Shown: piece by piece, positions 10,533-19,594 of the stretch | Position numbering within the stretch: the stretch's first letter is position 1 | Layout of the letters: each line of letters begins with the position of its first letter | Source of the DNA: Candidatus Latescibacterota bacterium | GTDB lineage: Bacteria > Latescibacterota > UBA2968 > GCA-2709665 | Length of the DNA stretch: 64,000 bases | Reading direction: 5' to 3' | NCBI GenBank assembly: GCA_965248435.1 | Contig: OZ252100.1 | Location: 5,568,001-5,632,000 of the forward strand | Notes under the pieces: generated by a model | Database searches by the model: none | Told to the model about the DNA's origin: nothing | Seen by the model: the letters and a program-made list of their open reading frames with translations, nothing else | Position numbers and translations under genes: made by a program

Positions 10533-11329
10533 GAGTAAATTTTGAAGTCGCCAAGCTCGCCTTTCAGGCAAATCTGGCCTACAAAATGAACACGCTTTTG
10601 ACTCTTGTGAATCAGGTATTCTTTCTTTATTACCGCATTTATATCTGGCGTGCCCTCTATAGGGGCATGGGAAGTGCTGCAACCAGAATGGGAGCAATAA
10701 GTTTGCGAGACATGACTACCTATTCTGTAGTAAGTGCTGCGCAGTCCGTAGTAATTGAGACTGAGGTTCTTACCAGGATGGATGAAAAGATTAGGACCGG
10801 CGAAGTCGCAATGGACTTAACCAAGCCTCTTAGCTTGAAAATGTTTCTATTCAGCGAAACGATTGGGAATAACGCCTACAAATTCATCGTTGAGCTTACT
10901 CCCTTGGTGCTAATGAGTCTATTCTTATTTGGCATTGAGGTTCCCTGTTGGGAAAGTCTAGTGATTTTTGCCGTGTCTCTGGTAAACGGAATGATCATCT
11001 ACTTTCTGATATGTTATTCCCTTGGCCTCCTTGGGTTCTGGTACCTTTCAGTTTGGCAATTCAAAATGCTCTTGGGCAATCTGATAAATGTATTCGCAGG
11101 TTCAGTCATACCGCTTTGGTTTTTTCCGGATTTTCTGGCCCAACTCTCACTCTTCCTCCCTTTTCGATTTATATACTTTGTTCCGTTGTCAATATATCTT
11201 GAAAAAGTAGATCCAGCAGGAGCTATTTGGTTAGTCTTAGAACAGATCATGTGGATTGGCATCCTTCTGATAGTAGAAAAAACGTTATGGCGGAAGGGAG
11301 TCAAAAAGATCGTGGTTCAGGGAGGATAG
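10529..11329 (+). CDS. ABC-2 family permease (ABC2_membrane_6 type)
   Basis: Multi-TM; G.V..DL.KP, GSVIPLWFFP, C-terminal VQGG; ATGA-coupled to the ATPase. Confidence 0.88.
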   Translation: MRVNFEVAKLAFQANLAYKMNTLLTLVNQVFFLYYRIYIWRALYRGMGSAATRMGAISLRDMTTYSVVSAAQSVVIETEVLTRMDEKIRTGEVAMDLTKPLSLKMFLFSETIGNNAYKFIVELTPLVLMSLFLFGIEVPCWESLVIFAVSLVNGMIIYFLICYSLGLLGFWYLSVWQFKMLLGNLINVFAGSVIPLWFFPDFLAQLSLFLPFRFIYFVPLSIYLEKVDPAGAIWLVLEQIMWIGILLIVEKTLWRKGVKKIVVQGG

Positions 11330-11330
11330 C

Positions 11331-12149
11331 GTGAGGCACATCAAACTTTACGCAAGATACATTACGATTTCTATCAAAAGTAGAATGGAATATCGATTCG
11401 CGTTTTTCGTGGACCTCGTTGTTCTTGTACTTGTTTATTCAATGGGATACTTGGGAGTATTCATAATTCTAAGCAAATTCAAAACCATACAGGGTTGGAA
11501 TTTCTATGAGGTGATTCTCCTTTACAACATGAACCTGTTCGCCTACGCACTTGGCAGCATGTTCTTCAGCTCTATGCGATGGTCTGACGAACTCGTGCGG
11601 CTCGGAACGTTCGACAGTATGATGGTATACCCTCTGAATCCTTTCTTGTGTGTAGTTTACAGGAATTTCGGAAGTTCCTATTTTGCCCATATTGGACTGA
11701 GTGTTGCGTTTTTCATTCTTTGTTTCAGAAAGTTGGATATCCCTTTTAGCGTTGCAAATTGTATTTGGTTTGGTTTAGTCCTAATCGGTGGCGCGATGGT
11801 GATTGCTGGTATTCAGGTCGCAGTTGGGGCAACGAGTTTTTGGTTTGTCAAGTCGACTTCGACTTTCGATGGAATTCTAGTCACGTGTAGAAATATCACT
11901 TATTATCCAATTACGATTTTTGGTGGATGGGTGCAGATTCTGGTGACGTTTTTCGTCCCATATGCGTTTGTGTCCTTCTATCCAGCGGAGCACTTTCTTA
12001 GCAAGTCTGGGGAGTCCCTAGTTTATCCACTTTCGCTATTTGATCCTGTTCTTCAGTACGCGACTCCTGCTGTCGGCCTAGTATCTTTCTCGCTCGCCTA
12101 TAGGCTGTGGACGTTTGGCCTCACCCGGTACCAAAGTACCGGTTCGTAA
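11331..12149 (+). CDS. ABC-2 family permease (ABC2_membrane_6 type)
   Basis: MEYR, GW...E, G.FD....P, YPI.IF, C-terminal YQSTGS. Confidence 0.88.
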   Translation: MRHIKLYARYITISIKSRMEYRFAFFVDLVVLVLVYSMGYLGVFIILSKFKTIQGWNFYEVILLYNMNLFAYALGSMFFSSMRWSDELVRLGTFDSMMVYPLNPFLCVVYRNFGSSYFAHIGLSVAFFILCFRKLDIPFSVANCIWFGLVLIGGAMVIAGIQVAVGATSFWFVKSTSTFDGILVTCRNITYYPITIFGGWVQILVTFFVPYAFVSFYPAEHFLSKSGESLVYPLSLFDPVLQYATPAVGLVSFSLAYRLWTFGLTRYQSTGS

Positions 12150-12194
12150 AGCTGTCACGATGGGGAAAAAGTCAATCTATTCCCTCACATATCA

Positions 12195-12264
12195 GTAGTT
12201 ATTTCCCATACACTTAGGATAGGACTGAAGCTATCCTAAGTGTTGCACTTCCTTATTGAACTCG
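12195..12264 (-). mobile_element. Isolated left end of an IS30 element (relic)
   Basis: Near-identical to 35478-35547; carries the terminal IR, a 13-bp hairpin and the first transposase codons MGNNY followed by a stop. Confidence 0.85.
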
Positions 12265-12326
12265 TGTTTTGTAAAACCCAACGTATTGTGGCAATTCAAA
12301 ACAGAAAAACCTGGGAGGGCATCGGG

Positions 12327-12452
12327 ATGAAGGCCCTGACAAAGGATAAATACCGCATGCCCTCTCCGGCTCCCGTAGCATATGCGACGGAAACGTCCTC
12401 ATTTTTACAGGGATGGGGCGAACTCGGTTCTACACTGATCCGGGAAAGATGA
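12327..12452 (+). CDS. 41-aa peptide, candidate RiPP precursor
   Basis: GGAGG SD; MKALTKDKYRMPSPAPVAYATETSSFLQGWGELGSTLIRER; YxxP leader-like motif; ends 6 nt before a nucleotidyltransferase gene. Confidence 0.45.
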   Translation: MKALTKDKYRMPSPAPVAYATETSSFLQGWGELGSTLIRER

Positions 12453-12458
12453 GATGCC

Positions 12459-14351
12459 ATGATCATGCAAGATGGCAATCCTTCTAGTGGTCTTGTTAAG
12501 GGGTTAAAGGAAGATTGTAATCCACCATTAGAGCTGTCCTTAGGAGATAGATTACTAGTACATTTTTCAAGATCCTTTTTGGTTCCAGAAGTTGTGGAAT
12601 CAGTTAAAGAAATGATAAGAGGCCATATTGATTGGAAGGCATTTCTTGAAGAGGCAAAGCGGCATAGAATTTTAGGTTTTATTAATTATCATTCCTTGAC
12701 TCACAACTTGCAGTTGCCCTCGGGAGTTATGGACCTCATTGTACGCGATGCCAAAGCCAATAGAGATCAGGCCAAAGTGCTTTTTCGTGAAATTGCCCGA
12801 ATTTCGCAAGCATTCGCCGATATCGGTGCTCCAGTCGTGCTGCTGAAGGGACCTGCACTCATCCACCAAGTTTATCGTTCGCCTTCAATTCGGGCATTCG
12901 GTGATATAGATATCTTAACCCCTTCTAGCTATGTTCAAGAAATCGAAAAATACCTTCGAGGGCAAGGGTGGGTTCATGGCTTCAGAGATATCAGTAGCAA
13001 TGAATTGATACACCCGAGCCTCGACGAATTGGAAGTGTTTAATGTCGATCATCGATGCCCGCTGTGGAAAGAAGAAATTGCGATCGATGTTCATTCCGCT
13101 GATCTGAGGCCCGGAAAAGTGGACTTTGATAGTTTAATTAAGAATAGTAGAACCCTTGACGAAATTGGACCGGGACTAAGAGTACCTTCATTATCTGATC
13201 TCGTTATTCATTCTGCATTCCACTTCTACAGACACTACGCCCTTGAACGAAGACCGCTCAGGAAAGTACGACTCAAATACCTTGCAGATATATATGCCTG
13301 TTTACGTGCATACTTAAGTGGATTCGGCAATTGGCCTTTACTGCTCAAACGTGCAAGCGATATCTGTGCGAAAGAAATCCTCATTTACGGTCTCTTTTAC
13401 GTGAATGTTGTCTACGGCAATGGAACCATTCCCAAGGAAATAATGGAGGATTTGCTTAGTCAAGACGGGATTATGGTTCCTATTTATCACAAAGATCCGA
13501 TTCCTGTTGATTCCATCGAAAGACTTCTCAGATCCGAGATTCGAACTACAACTAGCACTATTCGCCCTGCCCTATGGATGTTTCACCTAGACGACGTAGC
13601 TGAGAGACTCATCAAGGAACTAAGAGACTGGGAAGCACAAGGCGGGGAGATGCTAGTTGCTCGCTGCCTAGAAGTTGATTCCTCATCTTTAGTTGACGAT
13701 GATCCTAATGATTGTATGTGGAAACTCTCTGAGGAGATATCAATAGACGAGGAAGTTATCGACCAAAGAAAATTCTTCCGTACACATGTAAAGTGCGGTA
13801 TATGGCCGAGTCAAGGTGGAGCTCGTGCATGCTTTCGTCTTCTTTGGAATGAGCAGAATCTATTTCTTAGATTGAATGTGTTTGCCAATGTCATTCACTA
13901 TATGCTTCTAGGGGATATGAAAATTATGTCTAGATCCCGTGGTGAAGGAGTGATGATTTACATTTCTCACGACATGGGTGGAACGACAACCATTAACAAA
14001 ATTGGATTGGGTATTCGACAGGGTGGAGTTATTGTACCGTTAGCGTCTCCAATATCACAAGAAATACGTTGTCCAGAAGTAGCACGCTGTCGCGAGGTTA
14101 AGCCAGAAGATTTACGCGTCTCGGTCCTTCCATCAAGCAATAGTTACAGTCTTGATATCAGTATCCCCTGGTCAGCTATTGAGGTTGTCCCGTCTCCAGG
14201 ACTGCACCTTGGCCTTGAAATTGAAGTAAATAACGATGCACCAGTCCGTTCTTCCTCTAATACATATCTAAGAACTCGTATTGCGTGGGCAGGAGGACCA
14301 TTCTCAACAGACGACTACCCAGAGTTTTATGGTACCTTAGTTTTGGCATAA
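12459..14351 (+). CDS. NTP_transf_5 nucleotidyltransferase fused to a C-terminal CBM9/DOMON-like domain
   Basis: VVLLKG...Y..PSIR.FGDIDIL, IDVH; C-terminal LLWNEQNLFL, YSLDISIPWSAI, LGLEIEVNN. Confidence 0.8.
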   Translation: MIMQDGNPSSGLVKGLKEDCNPPLELSLGDRLLVHFSRSFLVPEVVESVKEMIRGHIDWKAFLEEAKRHRILGFINYHSLTHNLQLPSGVMDLIVRDAKANRDQAKVLFREIARISQAFADIGAPVVLLKGPALIHQVYRSPSIRAFGDIDILTPSSYVQEIEKYLRGQGWVHGFRDISSNELIHPSLDELEVFNVDHRCPLWKEEIAIDVHSADLRPGKVDFDSLIKNSRTLDEIGPGLRVPSLSDLVIHSAFHFYRHYALERRPLRKVRLKYLADIYACLRAYLSGFGNWPLLLKRASDICAKEILIYGLFYVNVVYGNGTIPKEIMEDLLSQDGIMVPIYHKDPIPVDSIERLLRSEIRTTTSTIRPALWMFHLDDVAERLIKELRDWEAQGGEMLVARCLEVDSSSLVDDDPNDCMWKLSEEISIDEEVIDQRKFFRTHVKCGIWPSQGGARACFRLLWNEQNLFLRLNVFANVIHYMLLGDMKIMSRSRGEGVMIYISHDMGGTTTINKIGLGIRQGGVIVPLASPISQEIRCPEVARCREVKPEDLRVSVLPSSNSYSLDISIPWSAIEVVPSPGLHLGLEIEVNNDAPVRSSSNTYLRTRIAWAGGPFSTDDYPEFYGTLVLA

Positions 14352-14809
14352 TTATGAGAGATTGTTGTTAATTTAGTTGAAATACAAAGGGGTTCTTGTT
14401 TAGATTGGATACGTTCATCGAAGAGATGGTATCCATAAAGCAAGGAACCCAGTACGATGATGATGGTTGAAAGAGGTATCACTAGCCGCCCCTTTTGCAG
14501 AGAACGTCGAAGCAACCCTCATAATGAAACTGTCTGTGATGATGCTCTCAAGTCATAGGTCGAACCTACGGTCTAATGTATGTAGGACATCTGCAAGTTC
14601 ATTCGCCCCACGATTGAGCAAACGGCCCACGCTGTCTTTGTACTTTGATTGCCATTCCTCTCGTCATTTAGCTGATCCATCTTTTTCCCGCAAAGAATCT
14701 TACCTTTCCCACCTAGTGAACCAACAACGCGGGATAAAGACCTGCACCTTTTGAGCAGTCTTGACGTATACTCTCCGTACTTCCCCTAAAACGGAACAGT
14801 GGCGAAGAG

Positions 14810-14890
14810 AGAAACACATCGTGACGCTGACGGCTGAGGAGCGGTCATATCTGCACGGTCTGATCAGCAAAGGAAAAACAGCAGCTCTGT
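14810..14890 (+). mobile_element. IS630-like transposase N-terminal relic
   Basis: Translates as KHIVTLTAEERSYLHGLISKGKTAA, resembling IS630 N-termini; truncated. Confidence 0.55.
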
Positions 14891-15049
14891 CCCAGGAATA
14901 GCTCAAAAAAGTAGTAGTTATTTGTCTTAAGGCCTTCAGCGCACAAGACTATCAAACTTGATATAGCTTCCCCTACCAAGCGAATTAGCTATCCTTGCGC
15001 GCCATTTTTCGTATTCCTCCATGATGCTTCTCGAATGGCACGCTATGTA

Positions 15050-15307
15050 CGTTCGGAAGTATTACCCAATTAGGATTCTTTATGTTTGGGTGCAGATTTT
15101 GGTGACCTTTGTCGTCCTCTATGGATTTGTATCTTTTTTTCAGCGGATCACTTTTTTAGCAAGTCTGGTGCGTCCCTATTCTATCCAATTTTGCTCTTTG
15201 ATCCTGTCTTACAGTACGCAACTCCTGGTGTGGGTCTTGTGGCATTCTCGTTTTCCTACAGACTGAGGACGTTTGGCCTTACTTGTTACCAAAGTACCGG
15301 TTCATAG
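15050..15307 (+). pseudogene. Degenerate duplicate of the 3' end of the ABC permease at 11331-12149
   Basis: YYPI...WVQILVTF then a frameshift into HFFSKSG.SL.YP..LFDPVLQYATP...YQSTGS; DNA clearly similar to 11900-12149. Confidence 0.85.
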
Positions 15308-15316
15308 ATTCCTGTC

Positions 15317-18300
15317 GTGAGAGAAAGAGCCTCGTTGTTGCCTCGCATCTCCGTGACCCGTCCAGTGGCGGTCACCGTGTGCCTGGTGGCCCTGCTGGCG
15401 ATGGGCCTCGTTTCTTACGTCCGCGTTTCGCTGCAGGCGTTCGCCACTGGTCTGGATCACCCCCAGATCTGGGTTAGCGTTTCTACCCAACAAGACACTT
15501 CACCACATGAAAAGGATGAAGAGATCGGTCGACCCATGGTGGAACACTTTCGGACCCTGAAGGACCTCCGGGAGTTCTGGGTGACAAGTGGAGTTTATAG
15601 TACCTACGCTGGATTGCACTTCCGAAAAGGTGTCGATATGTCGGAGGTCTATAACAGGGTAGCTGAGCGGGTAGAGCGACTAAGGCTGGCGTTACCAGAG
15701 GAGTTCCAAGATAAGATTCACATCTGGAAGTACAATTCCGATAGCGACGAGCAGATCCTCTGGACTGCTGTTGCTCTGCCTCCGCATGTCCGCGATCCAT
15801 ATGAGGCTATGCAGTCTCTGGTGAAGACTCGGTTAGAGCGGCTCGATGGTGTGGCTAATGTAGACATCCGGGGAGTCTCTCAGAAGATGCTCTTCATCGA
15901 GGTGGACCAGGAGCGACTCCAGACCCGGAGTGTGAGCGCCTACGAACTTGTGAATACGCTTCGGAGTGACAACTTTCAGATGTCTGGCGGCTACGTGCAC
16001 GAAGGTGGAAGAAAGTTCTATGTCAGGTCGCTGGCACGCTATGGCAGCCTTGATGAGTTGAGAAACATCCCCCTCAACACCAGTGATAATGTGGTGAGAT
16101 TAGCGGAGGTAGCCGATGTCTTCTTCAAAGTTCCACTACGTTACTGGAGACAGCGGATCGACGGCCTACCTGCTGTTGCACTCGGTGTCTTCCGGGAACG
16201 GGGTGCCAACATCGTGGAGGTGTGTGATCTCGTCCAAGCCGAGTTGACGAAGATCCAGGCCGAAACAGATTTCAAGTTCAATACCTTTTTCAGTCAGGGA
16301 AAACTTATCAAGGAGTCGGTGCAAAATCTGCAAAAGACGGCATTTTGGGGCGGCCTTTTCGCAGCCCTTGTACTCCTGTTTTTCCTTCGCAGCGCACGAA
16401 TGACGGCGTTGATAACGTTGACCATTCCGGTATGTGTAATGATCGCAGTGACGGTTCTGTATTTTATGGGTTGGTCCCTGAATCTGCTGACGATGGTGGG
16501 GTTGATGGTTGGAGTGGGGATGGTGGTTGACAACGCGATCGTGATCGTGGAAAACATCCATCGGGTTCGGGCAAAGGGGGAGGATCCGCATGAGGCGTCG
16601 ATCCACGGTGCGGGCGAGGTGGCACTGGCGATCACCATGGCCACGCTAACGACCGTAGTGGTCTTCCTGCCGTTGATGGTGATGAACGGAGATGCAGATC
16701 TCTCATTCTTCCTGTCCAAAATAGGGGTACCGATTGTGGTCGTGCTACTCGGGTCCCTTTTTGTGGCTTTGATCTTCGTCCCATTGGCTGCCAAGAGGTT
16801 TGGTGGGTCGCCGGCAAAGGTAGAACCAAAATCGATCCGCTGGACTCGAGAGGGGTATGCGAGAGGACTCGCCTGGACACTCACCCATCGGCGCGACACC
16901 ATTTTGATCATTACAACCCTCTTTGCCACGATACTCTATCCGATCGAAATGGTCAAAAAGTCGGATTCATGGCGCGGGATTGTCAATAGTGTCCGCATTG
17001 TGGTTTACCCCCCGAAGTTTCTAACGTGGGAGGAACTCAGCGACATCGGGACAGTGATGGAGGACTTCCTGGAAAGCAGAAGAGAGCTCTATGGCATTCG
17101 GAACGTACATCTCAGCTATCGAAGAACGGGTAAGGGGCGTCTGTTCTTCAATGTGGTTCTGGAGGAGGAAGAAAACCGGCAGTGGTGGTATCAGGCATAC
17201 AGAGGCCTCAGAAAAGGGATCGGCAATCCGCTGGACAGTCGTATGGATCGAAAGGCCGTTATCGAAGATATGAACAAGACCGTGCCCAGGTTTGTTGGAC
17301 ACGATGTGGTCGTCGAGTCTGGGAGCATCGGCGATTCCTATGTACATATTGCTATGTGGGGGGACGACCTTGAAACGCTGGCAGATCTGCGAAGCCAGGC
17401 CGAGCTTCGGGTCAAGACTCTTCCTTCAGTCACCGGAATAACCAGCGATGTTGAGCGAGGAGATGACGAGGTCCAGGTGTTCCTAAAGCGCGAAAGAATG
17501 AGCAGATACGGGATCTCTCCTCAGATCGCAGCGCGAAGCATCGCATATCAACTTGCCGGGGTAGACCTTCCCCGCTATAGATCAGATGAGCGAGAGGTGG
17601 ATGTATGGCTGGCTCTCGGCAACGAGGACCGACGAACCCTTAACCAACTGAAGGGCTTCACCTTCCAGTCGGAATCGGGCGAGAAGATTGCCCTCTCAGC
17701 ATTCGCGTCTTTCAAAGTGAGAAAGGGGGACATGACTGTCAGGCGACGGGGCGGAAAGATTCGACTGCTGTTGAAGATGTATACGACTAAGGACGATTTG
17801 AAGGGTTTCTACGAAGAGATTGACCGCGTGATGGAAGGCTTGAAGATGCCGCAGGGCTACTCGTGGGACAAAGGGGAAAGATACGAAAGGTTCAAGGAGT
17901 CAGAAGAGATGATGAAGTTTGCAGTCATCATGGCCGTCACCTGTGTGTTCTTTCTGATGGGGGTACTCTTCGAGTCCCTGATTCTGCCGTTTTCCGTCCT
18001 TATCTGCATCCCGTTCGCTTTTCTGGGGGTTTACTGGACGCTTTGTCTTACGGATACAGTGATGGACCGGATGGCCCAGGTCGGGGTCATCGTGCTGATC
18101 GGCGTGGTGGTGAATAACGCGATCGTGCTGGTGGATATGATCAACCGACTGAGGATTGAGGGCAAGGATCGGATGGAGGCGATCCTGGATGCGTGCACCC
18201 ACCGGTTCCGACCGATTCTGATGACGACCTTTACGACGGTGTTCGGGCTGATGCCGATGTCGCTGGCCTCGAACACGCTGATGGGCGTCCCGTACTCTTC

Positions 18301-18475
18301 GATGGGCAGGGCGATGATGGGGGGACAGCTCTGCGCGATGCTCCTGACGCTGTTCGTGGTGCCACTCTTCTACACTTACTTCGACGATCTGCGAATGGCC
18401 TTGCGTCGGATCGTGGTCGTAGCCCTATCACAGCCCAGAGGCGCTTCTTATTGGGCGGCTCACGCTGGAGATTAA
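15317..18475 (+). CDS. RND efflux transporter permease subunit (AcrB/AcrD/AcrF family)
   Basis: 1052 aa; RPVAV, VGMVVDNAIVIVENI, GVVVNNAIVLVD, RFRPILMTTFTT. Confidence 0.95.
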   Translation: MRERASLLPRISVTRPVAVTVCLVALLAMGLVSYVRVSLQAFATGLDHPQIWVSVSTQQDTSPHEKDEEIGRPMVEHFRTLKDLREFWVTSGVYSTYAGLHFRKGVDMSEVYNRVAERVERLRLALPEEFQDKIHIWKYNSDSDEQILWTAVALPPHVRDPYEAMQSLVKTRLERLDGVANVDIRGVSQKMLFIEVDQERLQTRSVSAYELVNTLRSDNFQMSGGYVHEGGRKFYVRSLARYGSLDELRNIPLNTSDNVVRLAEVADVFFKVPLRYWRQRIDGLPAVALGVFRERGANIVEVCDLVQAELTKIQAETDFKFNTFFSQGKLIKESVQNLQKTAFWGGLFAALVLLFFLRSARMTALITLTIPVCVMIAVTVLYFMGWSLNLLTMVGLMVGVGMVVDNAIVIVENIHRVRAKGEDPHEASIHGAGEVALAITMATLTTVVVFLPLMVMNGDADLSFFLSKIGVPIVVVLLGSLFVALIFVPLAAKRFGGSPAKVEPKSIRWTREGYARGLAWTLTHRRDTILIITTLFATILYPIEMVKKSDSWRGIVNSVRIVVYPPKFLTWEELSDIGTVMEDFLESRRELYGIRNVHLSYRRTGKGRLFFNVVLEEEENRQWWYQAYRGLRKGIGNPLDSRMDRKAVIEDMNKTVPRFVGHDVVVESGSIGDSYVHIAMWGDDLETLADLRSQAELRVKTLPSVTGITSDVERGDDEVQVFLKRERMSRYGISPQIAARSIAYQLAGVDLPRYRSDEREVDVWLALGNEDRRTLNQLKGFTFQSESGEKIALSAFASFKVRKGDMTVRRRGGKIRLLLKMYTTKDDLKGFYEEIDRVMEGLKMPQGYSWDKGERYERFKESEEMMKFAVIMAVTCVFFLMGVLFESLILPFSVLICIPFAFLGVYWTLCLTDTVMDRMAQVGVIVLIGVVVNNAIVLVDMINRLRIEGKDRMEAILDACTHRFRPILMTTFTTVFGLMPMSLASNTLMGVPYSSMGRAMMGGQLCAMLLTLFVVPLFYTYFDDLRMALRRIVVVALSQPRGASYWAAHAGD

Positions 18476-18584
18476 ACACGATTTTTCTATTAAGCTAGAC
18501 GGCATGTCAATCCCGAGCTGTAACCCCAAATGTAACATCAGGCAAATCCCAGAACGCCCGCTTTCAGGCAGTACCCCCATGCAT

Positions 18585-18615
18585 AAAGGCCCACGCATCT
18601 GCTGCGTAAGCCTTT
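18585..18615. terminator. Hairpin, terminator-like
   Basis: AAAGGCCCACGCA-TCTGC-TGCGTAAGCCTTT imperfect inverted repeat. Confidence 0.5.
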
Positions 18616-18636
18616 CGTTTTGTCGGCTTGTCTTAG

Positions 18637-18685
18637 CGGGCGATACTGGACTCGAACCAGTGACCTCCCGCTTGTAAGGCAGGCG
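18637..18685 (-). pseudogene. 3' part of tRNA-Val(TAC); att-site remnant
   Basis: Minus strand CGCCTGCCTTACAAGCGGGAGGTCACTGGTTCGAGTCCAGTATCGCCCG has anticodon and T arms but no D arm or 5' acceptor strand. Confidence 0.8.
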
Positions 18686-19594
18686 TTGATCGTCTGTAGA
18701 CAATCAATTTTCGGCAGTGTAACACACACTGTAACATCCTGGGATGCTCGTGGGCTGATGGGGTTCAACCGAACACTGTGCGCAATCCGAAGCGAGAGGT
18801 CAGACAGCGGCTCGCGCACCGGGATCTAAGCTAAGCAGCGGCGGAGTCCTTTGTCACCACGGTCAGCTTGAGACCAGGCTGTTTCAGAATGGCGGCCAGA
18901 CTCGCGAACTGAGGATTCCCTGTTCGGAAAGCATTCGATACATGAACTCCCGATTCAGGCGCAACATTACGAGCGACAGTAGGAAAAGCCCTTCTCCGGT
19001 CTTCCTCCAGTGCGGCTCTGGTATTCTGCCGCTTCTGCTGGATTTTGAAGCGCCTTCAGATACTCAGGTCTGCAGAGTCTGGACGGCTTACTTAGGTCTC
19101 TCGGCTCCTGAAGTCCGCCCAAGAGCCTCGGGCTTGACTTATGTCCCATTGTTGGCTTGCCATTCCACCCGTCAGGAGCACCACGATCCGGTGCTCGATA
19201 TCACCTCCACCGCTATGTCGCCGGCAGGCTACCTTGATGGAGTGGGCCTGATGTCACGCCCTCCGCCGATCGCGCCCCCACGTCCTCACCTCAGACTGAA
19301 TTCGCCTACGGCGTCTGACGGCACCTTGTCCAGACCACGTGACCACCTGTGCGCCCCCGTATCACGGACTGCAGCTTGAGGCACCATCCCTGCGACACCA
19401 CCCCGCCCCTCAAATTGCTGCACTCACCACGCATAGCTCCTTCCCGAGAGCCCGTCGAACTCTCCCGCATCAACCAACCCAGGCAAATGTGCCCTGATTG
19501 TCCCTTGCCTCGGCCGGGCACATCCCATATATTTTTCCTATCCACAAACAACTACGTAAGGGGGCCTTCGAGCCTCCAGAAGGGAGACTTTCCG

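Larger units (their letters stand above)
18519..18738. repeat. Paired TGTAAC-N6-TGTAACATC direct repeats flanking a tRNA remnant (candidate integrase arm sites)
   Basis: TGTAACCCCAAATGTAACATC at 18519-18539 and TGTAACACACACTGTAACATC at 18718-18738. Confidence 0.6.

Noticed and set aside
14360-14790. Short ORFs downstream of the nucleotidyltransferase
   Set aside because: Multiple stops in all frames; no supportable product
19349-19594. N-terminal extension of the radical SAM ORF
   Set aside because: Pro/Arg-rich non-coding character; SD and family start fit ATG 19595
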